Part shown: positions 1-8,750 of the stretch, one piece after another
Position numbering within the stretch: the first letter of the stretch is position 1
How the letters are laid out: every line of letters begins with the position of its first letter
Origin: an uncultured Acidobacteriaceae bacterium
GTDB lineage: Bacteria > Acidobacteriota > Terriglobia > Terriglobales > Acidobacteriaceae
Length of the DNA stretch: 36,859 bases
Assembly: GCA_964249905.1 (NCBI GenBank)
Contig: CAXUEE010000008.1
Location: forward strand, 3,764-40,622
Direction: 5' to 3'
Made by a program: the position numbers and the translations under genes
Notes under the pieces: model-generated
Database searches by the model: none
The model's input: the letters and a program-made list of their open reading frames with translations, nothing else
Told to the model about the DNA's origin: nothing

Positions 1-237
1 ATTCCTAAGCGCCTCCAAAAGGTCTTCGCGACCCTCCTCGTTGAGGTCGAAAAAGAGATCTTCTTTGCGTGAAAAGTGATTGAAAACCGTCATTCGGGAG
101 ACGTCGGCCGCCTCCGCGATTTCATCTACCTTTACGTCATCGAAGCCACGCTCGAGGAAGAGGCGTGTAGCCACATCGGAAATCTTCTGCCGCGTGGCAA
201 GGCGCTTCCGCGTTTGCCGATTAAGGATTGGCTCCAT
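1..237 (-). CDS. TetR/AcrR family transcriptional regulator (partial, runs off window start)
   Basis: Not in the ORF track. Manual translation: MEPILNRQTRKRLATRQKISDVATRLFLERGFDDVKVDEIAEAADVSRMTVFNHFSRKEDLF, a typical TetR HTH. Alternative ATG at 255. Divergent from the monooxygenase. Confidence 0.92.
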   Translation of the reverse strand, partial: MEPILNRQTRKRLATRQKISDVATRLFLERGFDDVKVDEIAEAADVSRMTVFNHFSRKEDLFFDLNEEGREDLLEALRN

Positions 238-273
238 TTCTGCCCACTCGCACATAGTGTACTTCTTCTATAC

Positions 274-288
274 TTATACCTAGTATAA
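274..288. promoter_or_regulatory. Candidate TetR operator, inverted repeat TTATAC-CTA-GTATAA
   Basis: Perfect 6-bp inverted repeat in the short AT-rich spacer between the divergent tetR and monooxygenase genes. Confidence 0.55.
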
Positions 289-313
289 ATTTGGCGGAGA
301 AAGCAGGAGCAGC

Positions 314-1465
314 ATGGTACAGCGGAATGGTAGCGGTGGAGCGACAGGTGAGAAGCCCCGAAGTGTTCTTGTCTCAGGAGCCAGTTTCGCTGGGCTCGCA
401 GCAGCTTGGTGGATGAGAACCCTCGGCTATTCGGTGACGATCATCGAGATCGGCAGAGGTTTGAAGAAGGGAGGCACCCCCGTCGACATACGCGAGGGCG
501 TCATTGACGTGGTGAAGCGGATGGGTCTGCTCGAGCGCATTGCTGCCCACAGCTTGAAAGAACGGCCCATGCAGTTTCTTGATGCGCAGGGCGCTCCCCT
601 AGGCATGATGCCTAATGAAGCCGAGGACGGGCCGGATCGAGAACAGGGCTATGAGATCGAACGGAATGATCTTCTCGATATGCTGTTCGATGAAATCAAG
701 GATGATGTGGAGTTCCTGTTTGGGGACAACATCACGGCCTTGGAGCAATCTACAGAGGATGTGACAGTTATCTTCGCAAGTGGGGAACATAGAACTTTTT
801 CTCTCGTGCTTGGGTGCGACGGAACTCATTCGGCCGTGAGGAGAATGTGTTTCGATAAAGAACGTTCCTTTTTGTTCTTCCTACAGGTGTACTTCTCACT
901 AACTGTCGTCGACAAGCTGCTGATTAGGGAGAATACCTCGCAGATGTTCACCGTTCCGGGAAAATCTGTAATGCTCAACGCTTACAACGGGAAGACGGAC
1001 ATTGGGTTCGGATTCTCCTCTAAACACGAGATCGCGTATGACCGGCGGAGCCAGGACGAACAAAAGCAAATCATCTGTGATGCCTTCGAAGGTGGTGCTT
1101 GGCGTACAGGCGAATTGCTGGACGAGATGGTTCGATGCGACAACTTCTACTTCGACAGGCTATGCCAGGTGCGCATGCCGTCGTGGACGAAGGGAAGGGT
1201 GGCCCTGGTAGGAGATGCCGGCTACTGCCCGTCGCCGGCGGCTGGAATGGGCGGTTCCATGGCGATCCTTGGCGCTGCGGCCTTGGCCGATGCACTACAG
1301 AATCACCCTAACGATCACAGGATTGCGTTTGAAGAATACGACCGGAATTTCCGTCCCACAGTGGAAGCCATTCAGACAAGGGCAGTCGAGTCCGGCTTGG
1401 AGTTGTTCTTGCCCAGGTCAGAGGAGGCAATACAAAAAAGAAACGCGCTGCTCGGCCTTGGCTGA
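314..1465 (+). CDS. Group A FAD-dependent monooxygenase, tetracycline-destructase-like subfamily
   Basis: 383 aa. Motifs: SGASFAGL dinucleotide fold, GCDGTHSAVRR (DG), FYFDRLCQVRMPSWTKGRVALVGDAGYCPSPAAGMG (GD). RBS AGGAG upstream. Confidence 0.9.
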   Translation: MVQRNGSGGATGEKPRSVLVSGASFAGLAAAWWMRTLGYSVTIIEIGRGLKKGGTPVDIREGVIDVVKRMGLLERIAAHSLKERPMQFLDAQGAPLGMMPNEAEDGPDREQGYEIERNDLLDMLFDEIKDDVEFLFGDNITALEQSTEDVTVIFASGEHRTFSLVLGCDGTHSAVRRMCFDKERSFLFFLQVYFSLTVVDKLLIRENTSQMFTVPGKSVMLNAYNGKTDIGFGFSSKHEIAYDRRSQDEQKQIICDAFEGGAWRTGELLDEMVRCDNFYFDRLCQVRMPSWTKGRVALVGDAGYCPSPAAGMGGSMAILGAAALADALQNHPNDHRIAFEEYDRNFRPTVEAIQTRAVESGLELFLPRSEEAIQKRNALLGLG

Positions 1466-1605
1466 ACGCACGTCGAGCATCAGAGGTGAATGTCTCTTCT
1501 CGTCGTCGGTAGCTCCACAGCAAACGGCAGTGCAGATCATTAGCGAGCTCGCTTCATTGCTCGCGTCTTCTGGGACCTCCGGAACCCTGGCCCGGCCTCA
1601 TCGCC

Positions 1606-1975
1606 CTAACTCGTTCTGGCGAAGGATGCTTGTTCCAGAGCCGCGGTAAACACTTGATTCGCATCAAGAGGAAGCGCTTCTGCCCGCCATGCGATGTAGT
1701 CATCCGGTCGTACCAGCACAGCGCCGGTATCGTCTACGCCGAAGGCTGTTCGGTAGTCTTCGCAGGAACGGACGCATCGTCAAGCAAGCGAAGACTCACG
1801 TCAACTTTGAACGCTTTCTGAGCCGAGGTGAACGCGTCTTTCACCTCTCCTCCTTTGTGAGGAGGACCCATGATGTACCGAACAGGTCGAGGGTTGATAT
1901 CTTTCGGCCCTGCCATGAGATCCAGAGATGAGGTGCCCTTGTGCCAGGTTGACCCGTCCATTCATGTGGCCTCAA
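1606..1975 (-). pseudogene. C-terminal remnant of a PheA/RdmE-type FAD monooxygenase
   Basis: Across two frameshifts: WTGQPGTRAPHLWISWQGRKISTLDLFGTSWVLLT ... DYRTAFGVDDTGAVLVRPDDYIAWRA ... stop TAG at 1606-1608. The FAD-binding body is absent. Confidence 0.82.
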
Positions 1976-2020
1976 AGTTCTCGCCTTTGAATGCGGACGC
2001 ACCGGGATCCCTCAGAACTG

Positions 2021-2038
2021 TACCTTGATATCAAGGGA
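2021..2038. promoter_or_regulatory. Candidate MarR (MhqR-like) operator
   Basis: TACCTTGATATCAAGGGA, containing the perfect 14-bp palindrome CCTTGATATCAAGG, upstream of the monooxygenase remnant. Confidence 0.65.
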
Positions 2039-2225
2039 TGCCTTTGATCACCGCTTTTGAAGCTGCAGATGTGACTTTTATTAATCTGCAAACGGAGGGA
2101 TACGTGAAGGTCAAATACTCTAAACCGTCGCCCTAGCGTAGAAAACCTATCGATACGCACGTCGTGCGCACCGGCAAGCACCGCACCCCGCAAGCACGAG
2201 CTGTGCACGTCGCTCCTGCACCCAG

Positions 2226-2723
2226 CTAGAGAATTTCAAAGATGCTGTAAAGCGGTCCACTTGCGAGGCGCGAGCCGATTCCGATCGTTACAATACGATT
2301 GAGCCAATCGTAATCCTTCGAAGCCGTCTCGAAGCTCGGTGTGATCCGGAAGTAATAGTCGGCCGGATCCACCGGTGTTCCTTGGTCCAGCTTATGCAGA
2401 ATCTCTGCATCACCAGCTCGAGTGGCCGTGTAGCCCATCGTAATCAGCGCACCATCACTGGTCTTCAATACCATGCGGACGTCGAGCTTCATGCAGTTGT
2501 CCTTGCGCAGAGTCTGCCAGTCGTTGCCGGTGACGACCTCTCCTGAGAGACGATCGCCTTCGAAACGTCCTCCCTGGACAATGCCGACACGCCTGAATGC
2601 ATTCGGTGTTTCTCCCACAACCAGCAGGGGCGGGATATCCTCGCGCAGCACAAAGAGGGGACGCGTTTTCACCTGCTTGAGTGCATCGGGAAGCTTATCA
2701 AAGGCCAGATCGGACATGTACAT
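2226..2723 (-). CDS. DUF3237 family protein
   Basis: 165 aa. GETPNAFRRVGIVQGGRFEGDRLSGEV, LDVRMVLKTSDGALI, YYFRITPSFETASKDYDWLNR. Confidence 0.88.
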   Translation of the reverse strand: MYMSDLAFDKLPDALKQVKTRPLFVLREDIPPLLVVGETPNAFRRVGIVQGGRFEGDRLSGEVVTGNDWQTLRKDNCMKLDVRMVLKTSDGALITMGYTATRAGDAEILHKLDQGTPVDPADYYFRITPSFETASKDYDWLNRIVTIGIGSRLASGPLYSIFEIL

Positions 2724-2770
2724 CCCCTCAGCGTTCTTGGGTGTTCTTAAGTGTTGCGGACCGCAACTCT

Positions 2771-3748
2771 TCAGGCGCTCAGAAACGAGAGGATTGCATT
2801 GGCAACCTGCTCCGGCTGTTCTTCCGGCACGAAATGACCTGAGTTCGCGATCACAATCGACTTACAGTGCTGGAAGAACGGCTCCAGGGATGGACCCATC
2901 GCCGGGATCGCGTATTGTCCACCCATGGCAAGCAGCGGGATTGCGCTCTTGCCCCGTGAGTGCTCCTTATTAAATTGCATGTCTTCGAGGATCTGCCTAC
3001 AGTAGTCGAAGGCAGCGTCCATGCGGCCCGGACGGGCATAGGCTGCGACGTAGGCGGCGACGTCGTCTGGAGGCACAGCGCCTGGGGTGTGCACCTTGTT
3101 CTTAAACCACCAGCCAACGTAGATGTCTTCCTTCCCGGCTGTCAGTTGGGCCGGCAGATCTGGAAGCATCTGGAAGACGAAGTTCCACTTCCGGAAGTAA
3201 TCAGCAAGCTCGACCTCGCTCGTCAACGTCACTCCGGGGATGCCCGCGTCGATCAGTGTCAGTGTTTTGAAGTCCTTTGGATACATCAACGCCCAGCTGT
3301 ATGCCACCCAGGCTCCAAAGTCGTGCGCCACCACATGGAGTGGAGTTCCTATGCCCTGCACAAACTCATGGAAGACGCGTCCGGCATTTTCCGTGGTTGC
3401 TGGGGCCTGGAGGATTGCAGAATCGCCGAAGCTAGGCAGATCGGCCGTAATGACTTCATAATGCGGGGCAAGCAGGGGCTTGACTCGGTTCCAGGATCTG
3501 CGCGTTTGCGGAAAACCAGAGAGGCATAGAACCTTGTCTCCGCTCCCGGTGAGGTCAAAGCCGATTCCCTTGGCCTCAGCTGCTGCGTTTAGCGTGCGTG
3601 TATCGGTTGGCGGACCGGCCTGCGGTTGAATCTGCGCCAGGGCACACTCTTCCGGCAGAATCAGATTTAATCCAAGCCCTGCCACCCCCATCATGGCTGA
3701 ACCGGCTTTCAGCAGAGAACGCCGGCTGAGCCCGGTCGGGCCTGCCAT
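2771..3748 (-). CDS. Tat-exported alpha/beta hydrolase (epoxide hydrolase/dehalogenase-like)
   Basis: ATG at 3748 with GGAAGGAG RBS. Twin-arginine SRRSLLK signal, SGFP oxyanion motif, AHDFG nucleophile Asp, SGHFVPEEQP catalytic His. Confidence 0.88.
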   Translation of the reverse strand: MAGPTGLSRRSLLKAGSAMMGVAGLGLNLILPEECALAQIQPQAGPPTDTRTLNAAAEAKGIGFDLTGSGDKVLCLSGFPQTRRSWNRVKPLLAPHYEVITADLPSFGDSAILQAPATTENAGRVFHEFVQGIGTPLHVVAHDFGAWVAYSWALMYPKDFKTLTLIDAGIPGVTLTSEVELADYFRKWNFVFQMLPDLPAQLTAGKEDIYVGWWFKNKVHTPGAVPPDDVAAYVAAYARPGRMDAAFDYCRQILEDMQFNKEHSRGKSAIPLLAMGGQYAIPAMGPSLEPFFQHCKSIVIANSGHFVPEEQPEQVANAILSFLSA

Positions 3749-3823
3749 ACTAGACTCCCTTCCGGGGAGGAAATGCTCTGTCACGATGGATCGCCCTTTC
3801 TCAAACCGGTGGTCCTGGTTTAC

Positions 3824-3856
3824 GTTATGATCGCATACATACTTGATGTCAAGATA
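3824..3856 (-). promoter_or_regulatory. Sigma70-like promoter overlapped by candidate MarR operator
   Basis: Minus strand TTGACA (3847-3852), 17-nt spacer, CATAAC (3824-3829). The -35 lies inside the palindrome CTTGATGTCAAG (3842-3853). Confidence 0.7.
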
Positions 3857-3880
3857 CCATCATGATCAGGCACACGCTGC

Positions 3881-4810
3881 TCAGACGATTTTGAGAACCT
3901 GAACAGCGTGCCCTGCCCTGCTGGCGACCTTCGCATACGAGCTGAGAGCCGCAGCAAACTCCGAAACCTCGATAAGCGGCACCCGCAGGTGCCCTGCCTC
4001 GAAGAGAGGGCGAAGTTCATCAAGCAGAGGGGCAAGCTCTGCACCGTCCATGTCGATGGTGCTGACACCAATGAGACGCGCCTTATGGTGGAGGAAGGCG
4101 GCGAGTTCGAAGGTAACCCGCTCACCGGTCTTTCCAGCAATTGCGACCTGTCGTCCGCCAACAGATAGACAGCGGAGACAAGGCTCGAAGAGTTGTGAGC
4201 CTACGGCATCCAGAATCACATCGACACCCTTGCCGTCGGTGAGGCGGTGAATATTACTTACCAGATCGGCTTCTTGTAGGTTGATGTACTGGTCGCCTGA
4301 ACCCGTCGCTTGAACGTCTGCGCCGATGACCGTCGCCTTTCTCCAATGTGCAATCTGCGTCGCGGCCGTCCCGACAGCCCCGTTCACTCCGGTGATCAGC
4401 ACATGTTCCCCCGGCTGCAGCTCAGCGGCTTTCTGCAACGCAACATACGCCGCGAAGTAGGGGATTCCAACGGCGGTGGCCTCCGGCATGGAAAGGTTCT
4501 TCGGCTTTTCGGAGAGCCAACTCATGGGGACCACGGCAAATTCTGCATGCGCGCCGTCGCGCTCAACGCCAAACTCCGGCCCAGTCCCCCACACCTCTCT
4601 TCCCTCCCAACCCTCGCCTTCCAGCACGATACCCGCAAAGTCTCGTCCAGGCGTGCAGGGCAAGACACCCGGCAAGCGGAGTCAAAAACGAGTGACCGAG
4701 GCGGCATGTATCTCGACAAGCGCCTCATCCTCGCAGAAAGGAGGACGAGGGAGCTCCTGCCAGGACAGTACCGATGGAGGTCCGTATTGTGAGAAACGCA
4801 ATGCCTTCAT
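3881..4810 (-). pseudogene. MDR-family quinone oxidoreductase, disrupted
   Basis: MKALRFSQYGPPSVL start at 4810 with GGAG RBS. In-frame TGA at 4682-4684 in a garbled, shortened segment. Continues PGRDFAG ... ITGVNGAVG. Confidence 0.8.
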
Positions 4811-4895
4811 AAGGCAACTATCTCCGGTCTGCCGCGCGACTGTTTCAGTGGACAGACGTGTTGCAGGATTCTGCAGTGCGCGGCAGAACCTCGGC

Positions 4896-4913
4896 TGTCT
4901 TGAAGCCAAGCAT
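4896..4913. promoter_or_regulatory. Candidate autoregulatory MarR operator (1 mismatch)
   Basis: CTTGAAGCCAAG at 4899-4910, between the divergent MDR pseudogene and marR. Confidence 0.45.
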
Positions 4914-4936
4914 CTCTACTTCGGTAAACTGGCGGC

Positions 4937-5395
4937 ATGACAACAGGCGAGGCAAAAAGCGCCAAGCTGAACGGGAGTCAGGTCTTCGATACGCTTTGGA
5001 AAGCGCATCGAAATCTGCTTGCTCGTGCGGAGAAAAGTTACAGTCATATTGGTTTGTGTGAGTCCGACTTCAAGGTACTTATCATTCTTCTGAAAGACGG
5101 GCCGAAGCCAGTAAACACCCTTGGCAACGAAGTCGAACTGACCACCGGCTCCATCACGACAGCGATTGACCGTTTGGAAGCGAAATGGCTGGTCATGCGC
5201 AAACATCACCCTACGGACAGGCGCGTGCGTGTCGTTGAGCTGACGGCAAAAGGGCAGCGCCTGATTGAGAAAGGACAACTGCGGCACGCATCCGATCTCG
5301 ACGATGCTGTAAAGGTGTTATCGACAGCAGAGCGCGAAACGTTGATGAAGCTGCTTGCCCGGCTCACGGCATCACGATCCGATCACCGAACGTAG
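4937..5395 (+). CDS. MarR family repressor, MhqR-like
   Basis: 152 aa. SDFKVLIILLKDGPKPVNTLGNEVELTTGSITTAIDRLEAK...HPTDRRVRVVELTAKG. The GSIT..D.LE.K and PTDRRV motifs match B. subtilis MhqR as I recall it. Confidence 0.92.
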   Translation: MTTGEAKSAKLNGSQVFDTLWKAHRNLLARAEKSYSHIGLCESDFKVLIILLKDGPKPVNTLGNEVELTTGSITTAIDRLEAKWLVMRKHHPTDRRVRVVELTAKGQRLIEKGQLRHASDLDDAVKVLSTAERETLMKLLARLTASRSDHRT

Positions 5396-5427
5396 CGGGC
5401 AAGATTCTTGAGTCCTCCGCCGGACCC

Positions 5428-5700
5428 TTAAGTGGGCCCCGCGACTCGCTTCCAAGTGACGATCCGGCCATCAATCGCATATCGCCCGTCCGTGCCAAGA
5501 GCGAGCGCCCGTCGCGAACGAGCCTCCGTCGAGGAAGACTCGTTGAGGTCGACCCAGCACGCCACATAATCCTCGATTTCAGGCGAAAAGCCCTCTTGCT
5601 GGTCGCTCTCAAAGCCTGTGACGATTGCATTCATCGTCTCCTGTGGTGCGTCATCGAAGGCGATCTCGATGCGGTCTCCAACTCTCAAATCGTCCGGCAC
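5428..5700 (-). CDS. Hypothetical small acidic protein
   Basis: 90 aa. GTG start with GAGGGG RBS, 22 bp downstream of the zf-UBP gene on the same strand. Confidence 0.6.
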   Translation of the reverse strand: MPDDLRVGDRIEIAFDDAPQETMNAIVTGFESDQQEGFSPEIEDYVACWVDLNESSSTEARSRRALALGTDGRYAIDGRIVTWKRVAGPT

Positions 5701-5722
5701 GTTCCCCTCACTTCCATCCGCC

Positions 5723-6073
5723 CTAGTGCAGAAGCGACTGCCAATTCGGAGGAACCTTGCCGGCAGGACCGGGGGCCGGTTGCGTTTCCGGGTGCCAGCG
5801 TGGCTCCGCCAGGTGAGTTCCCGGTGTCATGCGTGATGTTTCGTAGTCGTAAAACCAGGCTTCTCCGGGTTCGAAGCTGGCAGCGATGCGGTGACCCGTC
5901 TCTTGGTAGTGTTTCGTTGCGTGCTGGTGAGGCGAGCTATCGCAACATCCGATATGTCCGCACTCTGCGCACCGGCGCAGGTGGAGCCACCAACCTTCCG
6001 CCGCCATACATTCTGCACAGCCGGTGCCGCTCGGCTTTGCAGCAGGGTTGATGCCATGCCTTTCAGCGCTCAT
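5723..6073 (-). CDS. UBP-type zinc finger protein (bacterial zf-UBP), copy 1
   Basis: GCAECMAAEGWWLHLRRCAECGHIGCCDSSPHQHATKHYQETGHRIAASFEPGEAWFYDY. ATG at 6073 with GAGG RBS. Confidence 0.92.
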   Translation of the reverse strand: MSAERHGINPAAKPSGTGCAECMAAEGWWLHLRRCAECGHIGCCDSSPHQHATKHYQETGHRIAASFEPGEAWFYDYETSRMTPGTHLAEPRWHPETQPAPGPAGKVPPNWQSLLH

Positions 6074-6113
6074 TGCTGTTTTCCTCGACCTCTGAGTCAC
6101 GGTAAGCCGAAAG

Positions 6114-6131
6114 CCACTTGACGTCAAGGGA
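6114..6131. promoter_or_regulatory. Candidate MarR operator
   Basis: Perfect palindrome CTTGACGTCAAG at 6117-6128, between the divergent zf-UBP and DUF5996 genes. Confidence 0.65.
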
Positions 6132-6183
6132 GATAAAGCGAAAGGATTAGGCAGCGGCGATGCTGGCCGACAAAGGAGACCCA

Positions 6184-7137
6184 TTGGAGTATCACGCACC
6201 TACGCTGGAACTGGGAACGTGGCCGGAGCTCGATTGGGCCGGGTGGAAGGACACGGCGGAAACTCTACAACTCTATACGCAGGTAGTGGGCAAGACACGC
6301 CTTGCGCTTACGCCCACCCAAAACCACTGGTGGAATGTACCGCTCTATGTTACGGCGCGCGGCCTTGGGACCTCTGCCATGCCTCTACCAGGTGGTCATC
6401 TTTTAGAGGCGGAGTTCGACTTCCTCAACCACGAGCTGGTACTTCGAACCAGTAAAGGCAAGTATGGCCGGCTTGCTCTTGAAGCGATGCCGGTCTCTGA
6501 GTTCTATCGCCTCTACATGCTGCAGCTGGAGGAGATCGGCGTGCGTCTCGCGCTAGATACCATGCCCGTTGAGGTCAAGAACCCGATCCGGTTCGAGCAG
6601 GACACCACGCGTCGTTTCTATGACCGCGGTCCCGTGGAACGCTTCTGGCAGGCGCTCCGCCTGGCCGACACTCTGCTGAAGCGTTTCTCGACTGGTTTTT
6701 ACGGAAAGATCAGCCCAGTTCACTTCTTTTGGGGCTCGTTCGATTTGGCGGTCACGCGCTTCAATGGGAAGCGCGCACCCGCACGGCAGGGGTCCGACGC
6801 CGTGCAGAATGAAGCCTATTCTCACGAGGTGATCAGCGCAGGCTTCTGGCCTGGAAACGGCGGCTATGGGCGCCCGGCGTTCTATGCCTACGCAGCGCCC
6901 GTACCGGACGGCTTGCCGGAGGTCGCGTTGAAAGGCTCAGGACGCTTCGACCACACGCTTGGGGAGTTTCTGCTGGATTATGACGACCTCCGGCAGACAG
7001 AGGACCCTGCTACTACGGTGCTTACGTTTCTCCAGGAAACCTACGCTGCAGCCGCCGACACTGCTCGGTGGAACCGTAGCGAGCTGGACCGGAACGACGC
7101 CGTTGGACAACTCTCCACTAAGACCGAGCGCGCCTGA
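6184..7137 (+). CDS. DUF5996 family protein
   Basis: WPELDWAGWKDTAETLQLYTQVVGKTRL, NHWWNVPLYVTARGL, SPVHFFWGSFDLAVTRF, EAYSHEVISAGFWPG. TTG at 6184 follows AAGGAG (ATG 6160 is an alternative). Confidence 0.88.
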   Translation: MEYHAPTLELGTWPELDWAGWKDTAETLQLYTQVVGKTRLALTPTQNHWWNVPLYVTARGLGTSAMPLPGGHLLEAEFDFLNHELVLRTSKGKYGRLALEAMPVSEFYRLYMLQLEEIGVRLALDTMPVEVKNPIRFEQDTTRRFYDRGPVERFWQALRLADTLLKRFSTGFYGKISPVHFFWGSFDLAVTRFNGKRAPARQGSDAVQNEAYSHEVISAGFWPGNGGYGRPAFYAYAAPVPDGLPEVALKGSGRFDHTLGEFLLDYDDLRQTEDPATTVLTFLQETYAAAADTARWNRSELDRNDAVGQLSTKTERA

Positions 7138-7167
7138 TGTCGAAGCGGCCAGAGAAAGGAGGGCAAC

Positions 7168-7758
7168 TTGGGCAAGGGTCGTCTGGAGGCATTCAGTGAT
7201 GGCGTACTCGCCATCATCATCACGATCACGGTCCTGGACATTCATGTCCCGCATGGCGTTACGTGGACAGGTCTTCGACAGTTGGCGCCTGTGTTCTTCT
7301 CGTATGTCCTGAGCTTTGTCTACGTGGGCATCTACTGGAACAACCACCACCATCTGCTGCAAGCGGCGGAGCATGTGTCAGGCAGTGTGCTATGGGCGAA
7401 CCTTCACCTTCTCTTCTGGCTTTCGCTGGCGCCGGTGCTCACCTCGTGGATGGGCGACAACCCGCATGCTTCTCTGCCTGTGGCCATGTATGGCGTCATG
7501 CTGTGGTCGGCTTCCATCGCGTACTACCTTCTTACACGGGCGCTCGTCCGTCAGCACGATCGCGATTCAGTACTGGCGAGTGCCATCGGCAGCGACGGCA
7601 AAGGTGTCTTTTCTATGCTGGTATACACAGCTGCAATACCGCTCGCCTTTTGGACGCCAGCATGCGCGTGCGCAGCATACGCCTTGGTCGCCATCGTCTG
7701 GCTGCTGCCGGATCGACGGATTGAAGCTCGCCTCGCGGAACACGCCCATCCGGAGTAG
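7168..7758 (+). CDS. TMEM175 family potassium channel (DUF1211)
   Basis: RLEAFSDGVLAIIITI signature, YWNNHHHL, about six hydrophobic segments. RBS AGGAGG. Confidence 0.93.
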   Translation: MGKGRLEAFSDGVLAIIITITVLDIHVPHGVTWTGLRQLAPVFFSYVLSFVYVGIYWNNHHHLLQAAEHVSGSVLWANLHLLFWLSLAPVLTSWMGDNPHASLPVAMYGVMLWSASIAYYLLTRALVRQHDRDSVLASAIGSDGKGVFSMLVYTAAIPLAFWTPACACAAYALVAIVWLLPDRRIEARLAEHAHPE

Positions 7759-7820
7759 GTAGGCAGGCTGCCAGCGTAAGCTCCTTCCCCACACAAATTC
7801 GGAATTGAGGGAGTCACAAG

Positions 7821-8750
7821 ATGCAGCGAATTGTTCTGCACCAGTATGGTTCACCGTCCGTGCTGCAGGTTGAAGATGCAGCGGTTCCGGTTCCCGGTCC
7901 TAACGACCTCCTCCTGCGGACCATCGGAGCGGGCATCAACCCTATTGATCTCAAGCTCCGTTCCGGTGCCGTACAGCATACGTCTCCTCTCGACTTCCCT
8001 GCCGTTTTGGGATTGGATATCGCCGGCACAGTCGAGAGCACAGGCTCCAATGTGAGCGGATTTCAAGTGGGAGACCGTGTTTTCGCGAAGACACTGCAGG
8101 CGTACGCGGAGTTCTGTCTCGTTGATGCGAGCCACGCCGCACACATTCCGCAAGGGCTTGACCCAGTGGACGCTGCGGCTCTGCCAGTCGTATTGACTAC
8201 GGGATATCAGCTCTTTATAAGCACCAGCTTGCAGCCTGGCCAAACCATTCTCGTTTCCGGCGCTCTGGGAAGCGTCGGCCGCGCCACCGTCTTCGCGGCA
8301 AAACAGGCCGGGATCCGGATAATTGCGGCGGTGCGTGGCGAGCAAAAGCTTGCCGCTGCGGAGCTGCAGGTGGATGAAACCATCGCTACAGAGGACTTAC
8401 CCGCACTCACACAGCTGCCGCAGATCGATGCCGTAGCGGACACAGTTGGTGGGGCCGTAGCGTCGTTCCTCGTGGGCCGTGTAATAAAGGGCGGGACCTT
8501 CGCTTCAGTGCTGGGCCTGCCGCAGGGTGCAGCGGATCATTCGGATGTGCGCATGGCTTCTGTATTTTCCATGCACGATCCGGTCGCACTCGTTCGTATG
8601 GCCGCCGGGGTACTTGATGGCCGGCTTCGTATTCCCATGGGTCCACGCTTCCCCCTTACGCAGGCGGCTGCGGCCCACGCCGCCGCCGAACGGGGCGAAC
8701 GGCAAAATTGTGCTTGTACCGCACGCATAATGGATATTCATTATGCGTGA
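7821..8750 (+). CDS. NADP-dependent MDR-family oxidoreductase with a frameshifted extreme C-terminus
   Basis: INPIDLKLRSG, LGLDIAG, VSGALGSVG. The canonical end ANGKIVLVP lies in another frame (stop 8730). The shift is at about 8691-8697 (CGGGGCG). Confidence 0.88.
   Translation: MQRIVLHQYGSPSVLQVEDAAVPVPGPNDLLLRTIGAGINPIDLKLRSGAVQHTSPLDFPAVLGLDIAGTVESTGSNVSGFQVGDRVFAKTLQAYAEFCLVDASHAAHIPQGLDPVDAAALPVVLTTGYQLFISTSLQPGQTILVSGALGSVGRATVFAAKQAGIRIIAAVRGEQKLAAAELQVDETIATEDLPALTQLPQIDAVADTVGGAVASFLVGRVIKGGTFASVLGLPQGAADHSDVRMASVFSMHDPVALVRMAAGVLDGRLRIPMGPRFPLTQAAAAHAAAERGERQNCACTARIMDIHYA

Noticed and set aside
4682-4684. In-frame TGA as possible selenocysteine or readthrough
   Set aside because: It is not at a conserved Cys position and the surrounding residues are scrambled, so decay is the simpler explanation.
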